Assembly: GCA_965235115.1 (NCBI GenBank)
Contig: OZ249440.1
Location: 32,738,001 to 32,802,000, forward strand
Source of the DNA: Laetmonice hystrix
Lineage: Eukaryota
Direction of reading: 5' to 3'
DNA: 64,000 nt
Part shown: positions 37,849 through 50,374 of the stretch, in pieces
How positions within the stretch are numbered: position 1 is the stretch's first letter
Layout: every line of letters begins with the position of its first letter
Made by a program: the position numbers and the translations under genes
Notes under the pieces: model-generated
Databases searched by the model: none
What the model was told of the DNA's origin: nothing
What the model saw: the letters and a program-made list of their open reading frames with translations, nothing else

Positions 37849-38714
37849 TGTGACGGCTAGGCCAGGAACAGAGTAATAGGTGGGGAACAGGCCAAGCTGA
37901 GTAGTGCTGTGGCAGTATGGAAGGTACCAAGTTGTAGGGGATTAGTCAGTGAACCTCACTCCCCCACTGGTCTAGTGGACTCGCCCAGAGGGATAAATAG
38001 GGCGTGGTCAGGCTGAGGTGGGGGAGTCGCCGTTGAGACGCTAGCAGGGAGAGACAGACCAGGAGAGAGGGATCGAGAGGAGGTATTGAGGAAACGTTAG
38101 AGGAGGGTGAAGTATAGTCGGTAAGTAGAAGAGGGTGGATTTCTTAGGGTTCCCAGCCATATCTTGGGGTTAGGACGATGAAACGTTACCCGATGTCCAC
38201 CTGATGTTATCTTACATACCCGATGTTACCCGATGTCTACCTGATGTTACCCGATGTTACCCGATGTCTACCTGATGTTGTCGTAAAGTCGTGATGTTAC
38301 CCGATGTCTACCTGATGTTACCCGATAACTATCTTATATTGCCCGATACATGCCTGATGTACCCGATATCTACCTGATGTTACCTGTTGAGTGTTTGATG
38401 TTACTGAACGTGCCGAGTGTGGTCAGCCCCGCCCCATCCATGTTCACCGAAGTGATTAGTCTACTATTGTTAGCTAGATGCCAGATGTAGTATTTGTTTA
38501 GCGACAGTAGTATTTAACCCTAGTTAGTTATCTGGACTCCAGAGAAGTGCAGGTAACCAGAGAAGTCAACTGAAAGTTGTAACACGTCATAAATAAAGAG
38601 TCATTATACACTGTATACCATAGCTTGGTGATGTTTAACCCCTCCTGAACGAACAATACCCTATTCCGTGTTACCCCGCCACAATCGTGACCATCCATTC
38701 CCTTGACCGTGACA
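37849..38714 (+). repeat. 3' LTR of Gypsy B (866 bp)
   Basis: Preceded by purine-rich GGCAGAGGGTAG; followed by TSD ATGT. Confidence 0.96.
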
Positions 38715-38803
38715 ATGTGATGATATAAGATGGACATGTTATGATCCCATCATGGACCCAACAAACAACATTTGTCAATAATTCAATTTTTAAAGGGACG
38801 GTG

Positions 38804-39397
38804 TAATGGCATAATAATGGTTGTAATGTGACCAAATTTTCACTTAAATCTAATGATGTAACACCCAGGGGATATCTAAAGAAATTACCATTTCGAGTTT
38901 TGTCAGGTGTGGACCTTGGCCTCGTAGCTGATGGTTTCTCTTTCTGTGGTGTGAACACTGCAGGATGCTTAATTGTGCCTTGTAAAATAGAAAGTAAAGC
39001 ATGAATACCCAACACTCATATAAATCAGTATAGAGTATTGTAATTTACTGTAAAGACCACGGCCAATTACATCATATCAAATAGTAACTATTGGCTAGGT
39101 TAGGTAATGGCATAATTATGGTTGTAATGTGATCCAATTTTCCCTTAAATCTAATGATGTAACACCCAGGAGATATCTAAAGAAATTACCATGTGGAGTT
39201 TTGTCAGGTGTGGACCTTGGCCTCGTAGCTGACAGTTTCTCTTTCTGTGGTGTGAACACTGCAGGATGCTTCATTGTGCCTTGTAAAATAGAAAGTAAAG
39301 CATGAATACCCAACACTCATATAAATCAGTATAGACTATTGTAATTTACTGTAAAGACCATGGCCAATTACATCATATCAAAGAGTAACTATTGGCC
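38804..39397. repeat. About 300-bp direct duplication containing a small exon-like segment
   Basis: 38804-39097 resembles 39105-39397; both encode T(I/M)KHPAVFTPQKEK.SATRPRSTPDKT on the minus strand after a pyrimidine-rich AG. Confidence 0.85.
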
Positions 39398-39432
39398 AAA
39401 AAGACAAAAGAGTGGTGTTCCCGTTACTTGAC

Positions 39433-39657
39433 CAGGGTTTCCGCCAGAGGGTAAAATGGGTAAAATTCCGTACCCTATATTTTTTCCAGGGTACGGATCC
39501 GTACCCTAAAAATCGCTGGGTAAGCATTTTTCCATGAAGTGATAAAAACCTTACATATTTGTAACAGCAGTTAGGGTTAGGGTTATGCTAATCCTAATCC
39601 TAACCCTATCCTCTCCTCTGGTCCGTAACCTATTTTTTTATTCTGGCGGAAACCCTG
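39433..39657. mobile_element. hAT-like MITE with 5-bp TSD
   Basis: TIR CAGGGTTTCCGCCAGA / TCTGGCGGAAACCCTG; TTGAC on both sides. Confidence 0.75.
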
Positions 39658-40159
39658 TTGACTGACGGTATTTTAAGGCCCATTCCCTAGAAATGACCAG
39701 CTTGTGTTAACTGATTTAAATTCTAGGACATATCCATATTGCCCTTATAGAAAATCATTTTCAGTGCAGACTACATAAATTGATAATCATTGTTTTGCCA
39801 GTATATTAATATTGGTCAGTATACCCCTTATAAGTTATAAGACCTACGGTACATATTTACTTTTGGGTACTTGTTTGTTGGGGGGGGGGGGGGTGTTTTA
39901 CAGGCGTTTCTTTGGCACACCGTTTCTTTGGCACACCGCTTTTGGCTTGGTTTGCAGCATATAAATCTGAAGGGAGAAATAGTCTATGACAAAATCCCAT
40001 AATAAACAACTTCCCATCATGTCATGACAATGGTGCCGAACCGACAATATGTGTATTACCCCCTGTCGCCGACTATTTGAGTCGTAGCGTGTATCACACC
40101 ACCTGTAGGCTGACTTCTAGTTCTACAGACCCATTTTCTATGGAGGAACCTATTGAAAT

Positions 40160-40875
40160 CAGGGTTGGTCGGGCAATACCCGGGCGGGTAATAATACCCG
40201 GGAAAACCCAGGCTGGGCAATATCCCTAAAATCAGCCAAGTGGGCAATACTGGGCAATAAGGACAAAATCATAATTATTTACAATTCTCAAAAAATGGCA
40301 AAAAATTACCATACAGGCCCTCTGTGCTTCATACTGGTCAGTACCTGAATAGCTATGCAGTCAAGTACTGATACACGCTTCAGGACTAAAAATTTCTCAG
40401 TTGCGGGACATTATATTCAGAGGCCTACCTATAGAATCTGACTGGGCGTCTGCCATGTAGAGTGTAAACAAGCCAGTCAGTATACACAGAGGAGCTAGAA
40501 GGCACAGGTTCACCCTTCTCTTTACCGGTTCACTGATTCCAGTGTGTTGATTCAGTGTAGTCATGAGTTGCCAGATGGTCTGGAGTATAGGACTGGAATT
40601 ATCGACTCTTTACAATGATACAATCACACCAGACTCACGGGTTCCAGTGTGATTTAGTGATTTGATTTAGTACATTCTCATGAGTATTTTTTGAATGAAA
40701 AATATTATGAATATTTTAAATGTTTACCACTGTAGTTAGACCTGGGGAAGCGTATGTTGTCGTAAAACCCAGTATTACCCAGTATTACCCATAATTTGGT
40801 CATAAAACCCAGTAAACCCGGTAAAACCCACTGGGCTGGGCAATAAGCTTAAAACCCGGGTTTTTGCCAACCCTG
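40160..40875. mobile_element. hAT MITE
   Basis: TIR CAGGGTTGG / CCAACCCTG; 8-bp TSD ATTGAAAT (40152-40159, 40876-40883); subterminal CCCGGG/ACCCA repeats. Confidence 0.88.
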
Positions 40876-42253
40876 ATTGAAATGCATGGTAACTATTACA
40901 ATTTAGTTTCTGAATTGGTGACGACGTCAATAGACATTATTTGACCCAGAAGTAAATCAAACTGGCATTAATATCTGGGCTCAAAAAATCATGGCACCTA
41001 AATTTTTATCAGGGCACCTAAAACAGGATTTTGTCACAAAAGAAAGTGCCCATTCAGGCACGTTCAATTAACCCAGGCCAGTGCACTGCATCATTACAAT
41101 TATGCATGTACTCATGTTGACAGTATGACAATATGAAGTTATAAATGGGTCTTACATGTAGCGTTCTTTACCCTTATTTTCTACTTGACAATAGAATATA
41201 AACCGTAGATATTGATACACACTAACAAAACGCCATTAAATTAAAATAGCTGGGCATGCATGAACTCAGAATTGCACCAAGAATTCCAATATGCGGGGAA
41301 AACTAGGAAAACAATATGGGGGGCAGGGCACCAAGTCTTTGGAAAATTTTTCGACCCCTGATTATACAATAAAGGAACTACACTTACATCTCAGATGTTT
41401 TACTTTCTTGTCCAGAGTTCCCAACCTGTCTTCACACATTCTGCACAATGCCCCACTCCGGACCTGAACAGACAGTGTACATCGTACATCAGTGCATCTA
41501 GCCATAGGCACACATGGAGTGGGGCAAACTTACTGGAAAGCAAAGGGGTGGGGTGGGGGGGTTGTAACAGCCTTTGAAAAAGTGAGTGTCAGACTCCACG
41601 TCCCATGCCCATGGCCATGCCCCACTCACCCGTAGGCAAGCGGCCTGCCCCTGCCCCCCTGCGCCGGTGTGGCGGTCTGGACCGGCCGGCGTGCCAGACG
41701 GGCCGGTTCCGGTAAGTGCGCATGCGCCGGAATGAAGCCACTACACCCGACCCTTCTGGCACGTTGTATGTAACGTGCCAGAAGGGCCGGGCAGTCTAAA
41801 AGTACCGTGCCACAAGGGCCAGGTGGGCTGAAACTGCAGCTACTGAAAGTACCGTGCCACAAGGGCCAGTGGTCTGAAAGTTCCCGTTAAAATGGGAACA
41901 GTGCAGTGGGTTTCCTGGCTGACATATACAAGGGAGCTGGAAATACTAACTTTATTCCGTAGAATTAATAGTAAACACACAATCTTAAACTACATGTAAC
42001 GTGCCAGAAGGGCCGGCCAGGTGGTCTGAAAGTTCCGGGCAAATTAAGCCTATAGAATCCATGACAGTTAGTCTGTCATCGGCAAGTTATGCATCAATCG
42101 AGTGGGTTTCTTTTAGTGGGCAGAGATAAATAGGGCCTACATGGCAACTTGTACTGGAAATATTATGTTTATTCAGTAGAACAACGTCAGGGTGAAACGT
42201 TGTGGCGACGTTGTTAATTGGGTGAAAATGAAAGTTTTTTTGACGTCAAAACC

Positions 42254-42803
42254 ATGACGTTGGATCAACGTCATGAGTTCAATGTCGCTAGGACGTTACC
42301 ATTATGACGTTGCATCAACGTCATGAGTTCAATGTCGCTAGGACGTTACCATTATGACGTTGGATCAACGTCATGAGTTCAATGTCGTTAGGACGTTACT
42401 ATTGTGACGTTGAATCAACGTCATGTGTTCGATGTCGTGAGGACGTTACCATTGGGACGTTGCATCAACGTCATGGCTGCAACGTCGTGAGGACGTTACC
42501 ATTGGGACATTGGATCAACGTCATGGCTGCAACGTCTTGAGGACGTTACCATTGTGACGTTGGATCAACGTCATGGCTGCAACGTCGTAAGGACGTTACC
42601 ATTGTGACGTTGGATCAATGTCATGGCTCCAACGTCGTGAGGACGTTTCCATTGTGACGTTGGATCAATGTCATGGCTCCAACGTCGTGAGGACGTTACA
42701 ATTGTGACGTTGGATCAATGTCATGGCTGCAACGTCTTGAAGACGTTACCATTGCGACATTTGATCAATGTCGTGGCTGCAACGTCGTGAGGACGTTACC
42801 ATT
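42254..42803. repeat. 50-bp ACGT-rich tandem array (about 11 units)
   Basis: Variants of gacgttggatcaacgtcatg...ggacgttaccattgt at 50-bp period (42256, 42306...). Confidence 0.9.
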
Positions 42804-45800
42804 AGTATGACTTCATATTTTAACATTGAACTGATGCCAAAATTCTAACGAAAAGATGACGTCATTACATGATGTAATGACGTCAACTTGACGTCAAAAT
42901 TTTTGAAATCAGTTCAACGTTAAAATATGATGTCATACTTGTACCTGGATTCCATGGATCAGCTGCCAGCAAGCTTAACAAAAACATACCAAATGTCTAT
43001 GATACATAAAACATTCTGTTTAATTGACTTTGGGGTAACAATTTGATCCTGGTCGTTGTGTAAATCCATATAATCCGTATAAAATTGTTCAAAGGCAGAG
43101 TGTGCTCTTAAAAGGTCCGTGTTCACTCTGGAGTGAGATGCTGGTCAGTGACCATTTTCAGCATTGCTTCGAGTTGAAAGTTCGAAATTCTCACAGAATC
43201 TGGATAAAATGTCGAAGGTCAGTCTCTGGAAATTAAACTTCTTAAAATTAGTGGGAGTTCCTGTGACCCGATAGAGGTCAGAGGTCAGGCTGGGCTGAAC
43301 CTCTGACTCGCAGGAAGACCTCTTCAGTTTGTGAAACGATATTGTACTTAAAATGTCTCTGTGACTGTACTATAATAAAAAAAATGTCTATGTGACTATA
43401 CTATAATCCAATACACCAGGAGGGTAGGGGCCGCTGCAATCGGAGGTTCAACCTGCAGCAAGTTCATGACTTCCCCCAGTGTGGCTCTCTGGACGAGTAG
43501 TGCTAAGCGCTGAACACTTTTAAGCACCACGATATCTTTAGCGCCGTTGTATATGTTTCTGTGTTCTCCCCGACCTTGTACTGTTGGTGCTCCTCGGTGG
43601 AATCCCGGTACAATACAGATTAACGTCTATCTGACGTTAAAATGATTCCATAACCTGACGTCAAACTAAGGTCAAGCTGTGGTCAGTGGTGAACATCAGT
43701 ATGGCGACATATGACTAATGTACGACGCCGATGTCAAAAGTCTGATATGCCCTTTCTGCTTCGGACGTTGTAGTGTCTTGTAGGCTCCAGTCAGAGATCT
43801 TCCGCAACACTGCATAGACAACTTCCTTTGGAGAGGAACCTTTACGTGGTGCCCTTCCTAGCGTTTCATCCTGTGAACATAACCATTGGGAAAATCCTAT
43901 GAATAGCTGGTTAGATTATTATGTTCGTTTTTCTTTCCAAAAAGCATGGAACGTTCCTAAAAAATTGTTTCTAAAAATTTCATTTACGTCATAAATATCT
44001 GATATTTGATTGGAAACAGTTTTAGAACACTTTAATATAAAAGCGTTTAATTCTTGACACATCAATTAAGAAGTTGCAAGGAACTCTCTGTTTCCAGGAG
44101 TTGACTGAATATTGCTAACCATTTTATCAAGCTCTTCTTGGTTTGAAAGACGTCCTGGAGATGAGATCCATCGGCCTGGAGAGGTTGGCATCTTTGGGCC
44201 TCTATTGATGACTCAACGTCTTCTGTTTTATTTGGGCCACCTTGGCATTGGCATATGAAAAATGAATAAACAGACAAACATTTTTAACAAACCGAAACGG
44301 GTAGTAATTCGCACAGCAGGGCTCAGAATGAATTGCAGGTCGAGTTTCTGATTTTGACAAAAATAGGTTTCTACGTATACCCTATCTAACTAATCCTTAA
44401 AGGAAATAGGTCTAAATCAAATCCAGCCAGAAAGTTTTGGCTAAATCAGTTTTGTGATGAGTCTGTCTTGGAATTGACCTCAGTAGATTATACATAAAAT
44501 ACATGGTTGCTAAGGAAATTCTGCCTGTGATCCTATTACTTTTGACTTCACGCGTGGCATGATGTGCGGACATGTGTTTCCAAACGAACAGATCAAACAT
44601 CAGGGTGACACAACCCCGACCTAGTCCCGGCCTTAAATCCTATACCTCCACACTCTAAGTAGGTTAATTTCGAATTTTATTGCCCAGCAACATGCCAGCC
44701 TCACCCTCTCAGTGGGAACTTAGGCATATGACCAACGCGTGTAGAATATACGACATAATATGCCTACATAGTACATGTATACTTCCATACACAAATCTAC
44801 ATATTATGTAGACCTTGAAAGTCAAAAAGATTATTATAATAATTCCAAAATTGGAACATCCAATCAATCCTGCGTGTCAAAAGTAACATATTTTTTTTAG
44901 AAAGGTGAAAGAATTAAATGTTGTTTTAAATTTGCCATGGGACTCTAGATTTAAAAAAAAGGTGTGGGGAAGGGGTCCGCCATAAACGTAAAATATACAA
45001 TTTTTGTAAGACTACATCGGAGGCGGGGCTGTTGGAAGAATTATCTTAGAACAAAGGAATGCTTGATCTAAATTGGCGGGAAATAGCGACCGCTATATAG
45101 ATTTAGTTCACTTAGGGTTTCCTAAGTTTAATAAATAAAACATATCATTACATAGCACACTGCATGGCACATATTTTTTTCTAAAATAATGGCGTAGCCG
45201 ACTTACGTGTTTGTAGCCTGTATTGGAGAGACGTAGCATCTTGAATGCTGTCGAAGTCTGCACCCATCTAGGAGGGATTCGGTCAACTGAATTTCGCGCC
45301 AACGAGTACGCGCTGACCTGGGACCACGACCTCCTGACCTCGGTCATTTCCCCGCTCCAGCAGGCGGTCGCTTGCATGATGCTGCGTGTAGAACGCTGCA
45401 CTCTATATATAGGAGGCTGTATACTACAGACTTTCCAACCTCTGGGGGGGGGGAGGTCTGGCTGGCAGCCTCATCAGGCACGTGTTTGATCTGGGGCTTT
45501 CTCTGCACGGTGTATTTTTTTGCAATCTGTGGGGCAGAGTCATTGTTTCAAAAAGGTAGGCCTACATAATGATGGCACAAAAGGCCAATAGCCATACATT
45601 CCAGAGAAATAAGAGTTCTAAAAGTCCCTGGAAATATTTATTCCTAACCTGACTTGCAAAATTCACCGCCACTGCATGATAGTTAAAGGAAATCTGTGGT
45701 TAGAACTAGGCCTACTCACCAGTGCAGAGAAATGTATAAAAAAACAGAAATGTGTGTGATAAGCATCTTCCCGCGTGTGAGCGTGTGAGGAGCCAGTCTC

Positions 45801-47897
45801 GGTAACGCCAGACTCTCAGAGAAGATAATCTAGATATATGCATTGTCTTACTATAAGGTCTGGCTATTGCAGTGTGTTAATTCGGGAAAGACTGAGGGAT
45901 GTAACCGCAAAAGTTCATAATAATCAATTTGCCTGCATACATAAGCAGTAGGCCTATTCACCTATAACATTATTAAAAGAGCTATAAATTAATGTTCAGA
46001 TTGTGGAGTCCCACTTTTTATTCAGAATTAATTAATTAAATCCGAGCTCGGCGCCAAAGAGCCGGGATCATTTATGGAGGAGAAACGAGGGGTTTGCGTA
46101 GGTATATTAGTATAGGTACTCGCACATATGTATCTAGGACCCATGTCGTGTGCTCAGTATGTATTGTCGAGGTAATGTAAACAATAGCTGTACTCCCGTT
46201 AACCACCATCTTGGTTCTCGCCTCTCGCGCGGTCTGGGTCGGAAATGACTAAGGCGACTTGGGAGACGATCCGGAGGGTATAAATACAACCGAGCAGAAG
46301 AGTCGAGTTCTCTACCTTTGGAAGCTTCGTGGAAATCAGACTGATTCGTTTCCCACACATCGGGTGAGTTCGTTCTATGGTTGGGACTTCGTTTCAAGTA
46401 TACGGTGGAACGTGGTTTGTCGACTGTTTCTTATATTTGCCTTGTGTTTGACACCTATATGCAGGTGTTATGTCTAAAACAGTTCCAGTTATTCGTCTTT
46501 CGAGGCTGTATTATAGACCGGTACCCAGTATTTATGTGTGTCTGAAATAGTCACATGCAGTGTTGCAGCACGCACAGTCGCTTCCACGTGGTCGACCTGA
46601 CCTTTGTGGTTCGGGCTCGGCTAGCCTACTTGAAGCTCCTGGTAGACAATTTGTGTTACGAGTTTGTAGTTATTTTAGTTCACCACACATTGAGGGCGAC
46701 TGACGACGTCGGCGGTGCTATGTTGTGTAATTTTGTGTACGTATTTGTCCCAGAATGGTAGTGGGGGTACGATAATTTCAGTTTTGTTTTACCGTGGTTT
46801 ACTCCGTGTTGAGTAGGGTAATAGCGTTCGGTACCAAGGTTGAGCTTATAGGCCTACAACGGTTTGTCCTGCCACGTGGTGTATCATGGTGGGGGTAGGC
46901 TCGTAAAAGTGTGAGGTAGGCCTACATTGTCGTGGAGTTGGTGTTTTCGCTAGTCCTCACTATGTGGGGTTGAAGGTTGATAGAAGTTATGTTGTGTCCT
47001 TCGGTGGTTTGGGACTTGACCAGTGAACTGCTGTAACTTGACACGCCGGGTGTTCTTTAATTTATCTAGTCCCGTCTTATATAGGCGTTTACTGCTGCTC
47101 CTAATTGCAACAGTTGGTATGGTTTTCGAAGTGCCCTCCCTAGATTATGTTAAATACAGTGTTTATCGCTTGGCGGCAATGCTTCTTGCCGTTTGCTTGG
47201 GGTGCTTTTTGGATGTGGGTATGCTGCGCTGGTATTCGAGCGGTATGTGGTGCTGTTATTCGGGTAGAAGTATTTATTTACGGTGGACAGATTAATCTGG
47301 ATGTATTGGCACCAGCTTTAACCTGATAAGCTTTGGAGATGGTTTGATGAATGTAATTTTACCTGACTTGTTGGACTCTAATTTAGTGTCGCTGATAATT
47401 TTCTTTCTCTTGTAGCCAACGAGTGGCTTATCCCTGATATTATATCTGGATCTGGACAGGTGCCCCTCACTGTTCAGTGTGGTTCATTGATGCAGTCGCA
47501 TGGTAGGGGGATTTCGTCAATGTTATTTTCTATGTAGTAGTTTGGTATTCACTCCTTGTGGTTGCTTTGTTTTGAGTCTGTCCATTTGTAAGTATTTGAT
47601 TTTGTATTTTTGAGTTTAGTTGTCCCCTGAACCTTACTAGGCAGACTACCTGTCCCTCTGTTTCAGGATTTACATCATTTAATCTAATTGCCCCTGATTA
47701 ATAGGCGTGTAGATTTAGCTACCACCTCATCTGAAAGTTTTTGTCGTTTAAGTATTTTGCCAATAGTTTGTAGACCCACCCCACCCCACCCTTCCTCGTG
47801 TTAGTGAGGTGTGTGTGTGTGTTGGAGGTGGGGGGGGGGGGTGTTGTGTTTACGAATAACGGGGCTCTGCTGATGTGGGCTTAATGTGGTGTAAAAT

Positions 47898-48477
47898 ACG
47901 GTGTGTGGTCCCTTCGGTTCCGCTTTCCCTTGTGGTTGTGTTAACTTGGTTGGGGGATGGGGCCGTGTTCCGTGGGGTTGACGGTGTGTGGTCCCTTCGG
48001 TTCCGCCTTCCCTTGTGGTTGTGTTAACTTGGTTGGGGGATGGGGCCGTGTTCCGTGGGGTTGACGGTGTGTGGTCCCTTCGGTTCCGCTTTCCCTTGTG
48101 GTTGTGTTAACTTGGTTGGGGGATGGGGCCGTGTTCCGTGGGGTTGACGGTGTGTGGTCCCTTCGGTTCCGCTTTCCCTTGTGGTTGTGTTAACTTGGTT
48201 GGGGGATGGGGCCGTGTTCCGTGGGGTTGACGGTGTGTGGTCCCTTCGGTTCCGCCTTCCCTTGTGGTTGTGTTAACTTGGTTGGGGGATGGGGCCGTGT
48301 TCCGTGGGGTTGACGGTGTGTGGTCCCTTCGGTTCCGCCTTCCCTTGTGGTTGTGTTAACTTGGTTGGGGGATGGGGCCGTGTTCCGTGGGGTTGACGGT
48401 GTGTGGTCCCTTCGGTTCCGCCTTCCCTTGTGGTTGTGTTAACTTGGTTGGGGGGTGGTGTCGTGTTCCGTGGGGTT
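47898..48477. repeat. 83-bp tandem repeat (7 units)
   Basis: acggtgtgtggtcccttcggttccg...ccgtggggttg at 47898, 47981, 48064 and onward. Confidence 0.93.
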
Positions 48478-49352
48478 CTGTCCTCCCTTGATAGGATTAC
48501 CTTGGGGTCGACGGTGTGGTCCCTTCGGTTCCGTCATCCCCGTTATATTACAAGTTGTTTTACGGCAGATGTGCCTGGTTTCCGCAGGCTGCCACATCCT
48601 TTGGTGCATTGTACTTCTAGTCCCCATGATGGGTGATCGATGGGTACCTATGTATATGGATGCGAGGGGATGTCCCCTCCGCTCTGCCTTTTTCGAGGAT
48701 TAGGGCTGAATCTTTATTTTCTTGTTTTAAAGTTGTTTAAGAAGTCATTTTAGGTCGGTAGGTTGTTAGTAAGTCAGGTCACTTCTACTGTATTTTAGTG
48801 TGTACTATGTGTTTACGCTTTTTGGATCTGCCTCGCCTTCGGGCTATGGTGGGACGGTCTGCACTTAAATATCTTGTTCATTAACTTTGTAAATTATCTT
48901 GTCAAATTTTCAATGTACTATTTTGTTAATTTGGTAATATTAGGTATCTTCGATAAAATTATTAACAATGTTAGTCAGGGTTGTCACCTTAGTTAAATGT
49001 TGCCTATTTAGTTTTTACTTTGTGTTGAGGGCTATAATTATATTATATATTTATCGTAATTTCGTCTATATAATTTCAATGTTAACTATAAAGGTAATAA
49101 GTATTATCGTATTTTTGGATGATTAATTTGATTTGTCATAATGTATAAGTGGAATTTATGCAATTTTTTGATATTGAGTTGATTGTATTTGTCATAGGGC
49201 AGTAACTATTATTCCTCTGCCAGATGTTTCTTCGGTCTTTTGTTATTTTCCATTTTAGGTGGACGACAGGCTGAGCATATGGCTTTGGTGCATGGGTCGT
49301 GGGACGTATTCTATATTTACACATTCATTTGTACTGATAAGAGCTGATGGAA

Positions 49353-50374
49353 GGCTGAGTATGTGTCTTTGGTAGACTTTGGAGGTTTACTGATGTGGGT
49401 AAGGTCAATTCCCCGTGTTTTGAACCTGTGATGTTGTTCGAAGGCTGAGTGTTGATTTATATTATTCAAGGTTCGGTATGGTTCAGAGGTTGTTTTGGTT
49501 TAGAGGTTCCTTTAGCTACCATCTCTATGGAATGTGTTTCTTGTAGGTATGTGGAATACTTGCCGCGTAGAGGCTTAACCCATGTTTGTGGTTGGTCTCG
49601 GATATCAAGGCCTTTAACTTGTTCATGTGGTTATTATGTGTATAGGCTTAACCCATGTTTGTGGTTGGTCTCGGATAGGTCTCGGATATCAAGGCCTTTA
49701 ACTTGTTCATATGATTCTGTGGTTATTATGTGTATGTGATGTGGTTATGTGGTTATTATGTGTGTGTATATACGGAGATCAGTTATCTTTTTAAGTTTTG
49801 GGAAACCTCCCGGGCCCAAGAGGTCCGTTGTGGATGTACTCCCAAGCGTGAAGCGTTTCCACGGTTTTTGACTACGACTTTCATGGTTCCTGATACGTTT
49901 GGCTGAGTATGTGTCTTCGGTTGACTTTGGAGGTTTACTGATGTGGGTAAGTCAATTCCCCGTGTTTTGAACCTGTGATGTTGTTCGAAGGGCTGAGTGT
50001 CGAATTATATTATTCAAGGTTCGGTATGGTTCAGAGGTTGTTTTGGTTCAGATGTTCCTTTAGCTACCATCTCTATGGAATGTATTTCTTGTAGGTATGT
50101 GGAATACTTGCCGCGTATAGGCTTAACCCATGTTTGTGGTTGGTCTCGGATATCAAGGCATTTAACTTGTTCATGTGATCCTGTGGTTATTATGTGTATG
50201 TGATGTGGTTATGTGGTTATTATGTGTATGTGTATATACGGAGATCAGTTATCTTTTTAAGTTTTGGGAAACCTCCCGGGCCCAAGAGATCCGATATTGG
50301 ATGTATGTTGGACTCCCAAGCGTGAACCGATTCCACGGTTCTTGACTACGACTTTCATGGTTCCTGCTACGTTT
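49353..50374. repeat. About 0.5-kb imperfect direct duplication
   Basis: 49353-49900 is repeated from 49901 with small indels. Confidence 0.88.

Larger units (their letters stand above)
30612..38714 (+). mobile_element. Gypsy LTR retrotransposon B with three ORFs
   Basis: LTRs 30612-31476 and 37849-38714 (TGTGAC...GTGACA); 4-bp TSD ATGT (30608-30611, 38715-38718); PBS, gag, pol and ORF3. Confidence 0.96.

Noticed and set aside
39571..39610. TTAGGG/CCTAA repeats as a telomere or fusion site
   Set aside because: Only 2-3 imperfect units, inside a MITE.
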